Below, piece after piece: positions 61,787-64,000 of a DNA stretch of 64,000 nucleotides. Position 1 is the stretch's first letter. Every line of letters begins with the position of its first letter. This DNA comes from Candidatus Woesearchaeota archaeon (GTDB taxonomy: Archaea; Nanobdellota; Nanobdellia; Woesearchaeales; UBA583): assembly GCA_965205335.1 (NCBI GenBank), contig OZ242164.1, positions 992,001 through 1,056,000 of the forward strand, given 5' to 3'. The notes under the pieces are model-generated. The model made no database searches, was not told the DNA's origin, and saw only the letters and a program-made list of their open reading frames with translations. The position numbers and the translations under genes are program-made.

Positions 61787-63112
61787 ATGGATTTGGAGAT
61801 TGTTAATATTGAAAGAGCGAGGCTAAATGCAAAAAATGATAGTGTTTTTGTAAGGATATATTTAGATGATAAGTCACTTTCCAAGTTTCCAATGCAGATT
61901 ATGTATTCAAAAGAGGATGGCTTTGATAAATTTGTTTTGGATTATTCGTATGAACGTGTTAAGTTCAGTTTTCATAGGGTAGCTCAAAGGATAGTTCCAA
62001 ATGTTTTAAATTCTATCAGGAATTATGATGTTAGCATTGGGATAGCAGGACTTCCAAGGTGTGTGTTTGAGATGTATTTTTTAACGCCTAAGAGAAAGTT
62101 TGAGTTTGAGAACAGGTTGTTTTTTTATGAGGATAATTCAAACAGAGAGGATTCTCAAAAGTGTATTGATTGTGTTGACTGCACTTATGATAGTGTGTGT
62201 GATGGGATTTCCAAAGGTTATTTGGAAAAGTATAAGGAGTGTGTTGAACCTGTTTTTAAGAGTTCTTCTCTTCGTTCTTATTATGAGAAGATTGGAGATT
62301 ATTTAGAGGATGAGGAGATTGTTAGATTATTTAATATGTGTTTAGATGATTTCTGTTCTGATGAGCGTTTTGGGTACAAGAAGATTTACTTTAGGGATAG
62401 AATTTCAACAGGTTCTGATGATTTCAGGGAAGGGTTTTATTATTCAATTTTTAATTCTCGGTTTCAGTTTGATGAAGGTATGGAGTTTTTGGAGAGTGTT
62501 TTTGGAGGGAATATTTATCAGTTTAAGAAGTATTTGTCAGATGTTGCATTTTATACAATTGCTTTTGAGATTTTGTCTGATGGTATTTTGAGAAAGAGGT
62601 TAATTATCCCTGTTAGTAATATGGACTGCAGTGAGATTTTAGAGATTTTTTCTTTATGCAGATTTGAGTATGATGGTTTAGATAAAGTTAGTTCAATTAA
62701 GATTGATTTAAGTAATGAACCAGAGATTGTTGAGGTTGCAAGGGATATGGATATAGTCAAGCCTATGGGCGTTAAGTCAATGTTTAGTGAGTATGATATT
62801 GAACAAAAGAAGGCTTTGTTTAGGTTTCTAAATTCAATGCATAAGGATATTGTCTGTGCTAAGTTTAAGGAGAGGTATGAGAATGGGGTTTTGGTTTCTC
62901 GAGGATTTGAAGTTTCTCCTTGTGAGAATCTTATTAGGATGAGAGCTCTGGGGGTTTTGTTTGATATGAATTTGTCTCATCTTGAGAACAGAGAGATTTT
63001 AGATATATGGTTTGAGGAAAGTGAGTATTCAAATGAGAAGTTTGGGTTTTATTATGCTCCAAGATTGCCAAAAAGAGAACCCGAGATTGAAGAGAGAGCA
63101 TGGAAGTATTGA
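61787..63112 (+). CDS. Hypothetical protein with radical-SAM-associated Cys cluster
   Basis: GLPRC...CxxCxxCxxxxxCxG...Y pattern; no CxxxCxxC. Confidence 0.55.
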   Translation: MDLEIVNIERARLNAKNDSVFVRIYLDDKSLSKFPMQIMYSKEDGFDKFVLDYSYERVKFSFHRVAQRIVPNVLNSIRNYDVSIGIAGLPRCVFEMYFLTPKRKFEFENRLFFYEDNSNREDSQKCIDCVDCTYDSVCDGISKGYLEKYKECVEPVFKSSSLRSYYEKIGDYLEDEEIVRLFNMCLDDFCSDERFGYKKIYFRDRISTGSDDFREGFYYSIFNSRFQFDEGMEFLESVFGGNIYQFKKYLSDVAFYTIAFEILSDGILRKRLIIPVSNMDCSEILEIFSLCRFEYDGLDKVSSIKIDLSNEPEIVEVARDMDIVKPMGVKSMFSEYDIEQKKALFRFLNSMHKDIVCAKFKERYENGVLVSRGFEVSPCENLIRMRALGVLFDMNLSHLENREILDIWFEESEYSNEKFGFYYAPRLPKREPEIEERAWKY

Positions 63113-63179
63113 TATAATTCTTAGAGAGGGTTTTTGTTTAATTTATTGCTCAATATAGATTATTAATAGGTGTGGAATT

Positions 63180-63836
63180 TTAAAATCCATCTATTAGTTC
63201 TTTTATTGCTTTTTTTGGTTCTGATACTTTTGCAACACCTGATGCTACAAGAACTCCTATCGCCCCAAGTTTTATTCCTAATTTGACGTCTTCTTTTGTT
63301 TTAACGCCTGCTCCAATTAGAAGGGGAATGTCTCCTACAATTTTTTTTGCTTCTTTGATTAGTTTCGGGTTTGCAGTAGTTATTGATGTGTCCCCACCTA
63401 TTAATTCTTTTGGTTCTATTGCAATGAAATCTGGGTTTAGTTTTGAGACTTCCTGTGCTGTTTTTAAGTCTCTGACGCAAACACATGTTTGTAATTTCAC
63501 TTCTTTTGCGGCTTTTATATTCTTCTGTATTTGATTTATGTCTAAGATATGTTCACTATGGGAGATAAGAGTTCCTAAAACTCCAATGTCTTTTAGCGTA
63601 TGAGGTATTATATAACCAGTATGAGCCCCGTAATCATAATTGTCTATGTGCTGGGAATATGTATTAATTTCTTCTTTTATTATGTCTTTAATGTCTGTTA
63701 TGTTTGGGCATACTATTATTTCAACCCTTTTTGATGCCGCGTAATCATTAAGTTCGGATACTGATTTTGCAATTTTTATAGCATTATTCCCAGAGGATTC
63801 TTGATATGTTTTCAGGTTTATTATAAGTTTATACAT
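63180..63836 (-). CDS. tpiA: Triosephosphate isomerase, archaeal type
   Basis: INLKTY, GAHTG, HSEH, AIEPKELIG, GAGV, GVLVAS. Confidence 0.96.
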   Translation of the reverse strand: MYKLIINLKTYQESSGNNAIKIAKSVSELNDYAASKRVEIIVCPNITDIKDIIKEEINTYSQHIDNYDYGAHTGYIIPHTLKDIGVLGTLISHSEHILDINQIQKNIKAAKEVKLQTCVCVRDLKTAQEVSKLNPDFIAIEPKELIGGDTSITTANPKLIKEAKKIVGDIPLLIGAGVKTKEDVKLGIKLGAIGVLVASGVAKVSEPKKAIKELIDGF

Positions 63837-63881
63837 TATTTTAATGATAATTTTCTGATTTATAAAATTTTGTTATTAGTT

Positions 63882-64000
63882 GGTTCTGATGTAAATTCAG
63901 TTGCTTTCAGAAAAATGGTGCACATCGGTTGTTAACTGCCTTTTTCAATATATCTTCCCAATTTGCAGAAATATTTAAACCACTAACTTGTGCTGAAGTT
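63882..64000 (-). mobile_element. End of a probable IS6-like element with transposase C-terminus (partial)
   Basis: Begins ggttctgatgtaaattc; minus frame reads TSAQVSGLNISANWEDILKKA...stop at 63907. Confidence 0.5.

Noticed and set aside
829-63534. Many 60-136 aa ORFs antisense to or nested in long genes
   Set aside because: They overlap well-supported genes and show no motifs; treated as shadow ORFs
1-64000. CRISPR array or cas genes
   Set aside because: No repeat-spacer array seen; the tandem repeats are contiguous units without unique spacers, and the RuvC protein is an IS605 TnpB

Overview
Very AT-rich archaeal chromosome segment. The gene content (Orc1/Cdc6, PolD small subunit, aRF1, Spt5, Rpo3/Rpo6, class I CCA enzyme, TYW1, KKGQ-type pilin-like proteins, large Cys-rich surface proteins) points to a DPANN archaeon, probably Woesearchaeota/Pacearchaeota-like (inference). 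Most of it is housekeeping, starting at a likely oriC-cdc6 locus. Mobile DNA: an intact IS481 and an internally deleted copy, a complete IS200/IS605 (tnpA+tnpB), three 128-bp MITEs and the end of an IS6-like element. Best leads: (1) a transposase-less 916-bp cassette with 30-bp terminal inverted repeats and a 9-bp target duplication carrying a DUF5678-like gene plus a retropepsin-like aspartyl protease; (2) an unannotated, disrupted RelA/SpoT-type synthetase gene; (3) a DUF3800 gene with a convergent, separately promoted structured RNA next to tRNA-Leu; (4) a fused histone-fold doublet. Several loci (16.7-17.3, 24.9-26.2, 46-49.4 kb) are frameshifted, and real decay cannot be separated from assembly error without reads. 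All family assignments come from motif recognition by eye, not database searches.
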